Of a DNA stretch of 64,000 bases, positions 62,772 through 64,000 are shown piece after piece. Origin of the DNA: Octopus bimaculoides (lineage: Eukaryota); assembly GCF_001194135.2 (NCBI RefSeq), contig NC_068993.1, positions 56,005,927 through 56,069,926 on the forward strand, given 5' to 3'. The notes beneath the pieces are model-generated. The model worked only from the letters and a program-made list of their open reading frames with translations, did no database searches and was not told where the DNA came from. The position numbers and the translations under genes are program-made. Numbering within the stretch: position 1 is the first letter of the stretch; every line of letters begins with the position of its first letter.

Positions 62772-63559
62772 CCACAGATAATTATATGAGGTATATTACA
62801 AAATTTGAGTCTAAATGCTTTGGTTTTATGCAAGGATCGAAAACTGTTGAACTAGACTTGAGTCTGAGACGGTAAACGAACAGGCTATGCGTACTTTCAA
62901 ACGTTAACTGGTTCATATAACTGAATCACCCGAAACAACATAGAATAACAATCTTGTTAATAAAACACCGAATAGCGATACATGATCCTACAATAATAAC
63001 ACCAATGCCAACAGCGACGTACAAGCAGACAGTATAGCACCATTGAAGCTACTAAAAGGGTAGCCATGCAACAGATACACCTTCCTGCCATCAGAAACAA
63101 TTTATTTGAAATTCATTGTCTTGCCGAGCAAACAGAGAAATACTAAAATCTTTTTAAAATCTGACAAGTAATTTGTAATAGTATATATTGCAGCAGGTAT
63201 GAAGCATTAACTTGAAAGACAAGCCATTCAAAACAAATATAGGAGTTTTCACAATTTGAAGTGGTTGTTTTAAATGTAATAAGAAGAAATCATCTAAAAT
63301 GTTTCTCGTAACGAAGCGTAGAACAACATACGAGACTCAATCGCCTGATATTTATGTGTCAGCAAATACAGGGAGGAATCGAAACTTAAAACGTACAATT
63401 ATATTTCGGTGTTGAACAGCTCACAGATTCTCGTAGTTAGGAATGTAATATAAACAATAATGTCGCAAAACATCAGAAGCATGTAGAATACAAATTAGAA
63501 AAGCAGTTTGGGTACAGAAAAGTTAAAACCTTAATCTTCCGAGATCTTAAAAAATATCT

Positions 63560-63660
63560 TGTTGTTGATGTTGAAATTCCAATGAAGAAGCCTTGGATCT
63601 AGGTTAGAAACCAGCTCTTTCTCTTTTGGTAAGAAATCTTGAAATAAAACTGAACAGTGA
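63560..63660 (-). mobile_element. Interspersed repeat family G
   Basis: Reverse complement of 12490-12559. Confidence 0.8.
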
Positions 63661-63678
63661 CATACATACATACATACA

Positions 63679-63711
<33 letters not shown>

Positions 63712-63719
63712 GCATGCAT

Positions 63720-63884
63720 GTAATTATTGTGGCCTTGGGATGTGTAACACACTGTCTAAATACCAATCTTGAGAAATTAGGCTTCTCAAAACCAGAAAGG
63801 AGAAAGCTAATTCAAAGACTACAGATCCAGTCCATCACTGGAACTGTAAATATCTGTAAAACTTTCCAGAAGTTTATCATTTAA
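63720..63884 (+). mobile_element. C-terminus of an RLE-type non-LTR retrotransposon ORF (R4/Dong-like)
   Basis: IIVALGCVTHCLNTNLEKLGFSK...LIQRLQIQSITGTVNICKTFQKFII* resembles the P(I/V)V(I/V)GALG...L..LG...IQK..L.GT..I.R end of restriction-like-endonuclease ORFs. Confidence 0.7.
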
Positions 63885-64000
63885 ATATATACGAGCATAT
63901 CTAGATATGCAACTATATGCGTGAGAATACATACATAAAACGTACAAATCTGCACATACAAATCTGTACGTACATAGATAGATAGATAGATAGATAGATA

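Overview
Repeat-dominated, AT-rich eukaryotic DNA with about 22 assembly gaps (roughly 10 kb of N, mostly flanked by (AT)n or (CA)n). The tRNA-derived SINE families and microsatellite density point to a coleoid cephalopod, most likely Octopus; this is inferred from recognising the repeats, not from a search. I find no confidently supportable host protein-coding gene, rRNA, tRNA or CRISPR array, so the window is intergenic or deep intronic. It holds decayed transposon fragments: Chapaev3/CMC-like, four mariner pieces, a Charlie-type hAT, a Helitron, an R4/Dong-type and a Tx1/L1-type non-LTR element, RTE, CR1 and Penelope-like RT. It also holds several MITEs, a probable solo LTR, and more than 25 SINE copies from a few modular families (my labels A, B, C, I; other short repeats are labelled E, F, G). 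The most interesting items are four: minimal type I hammerhead-ribozyme motifs with palindromic helix III (best at 4977-5024, minus strand); a recurrent composite SINE B-(TG)n-I that carries an internal microsatellite; a 117-bp-arm foldback element; and a ~590-bp direct duplication of unresolved origin. SINE and decayed-fragment boundaries are approximate (about +/-10-20 bp).
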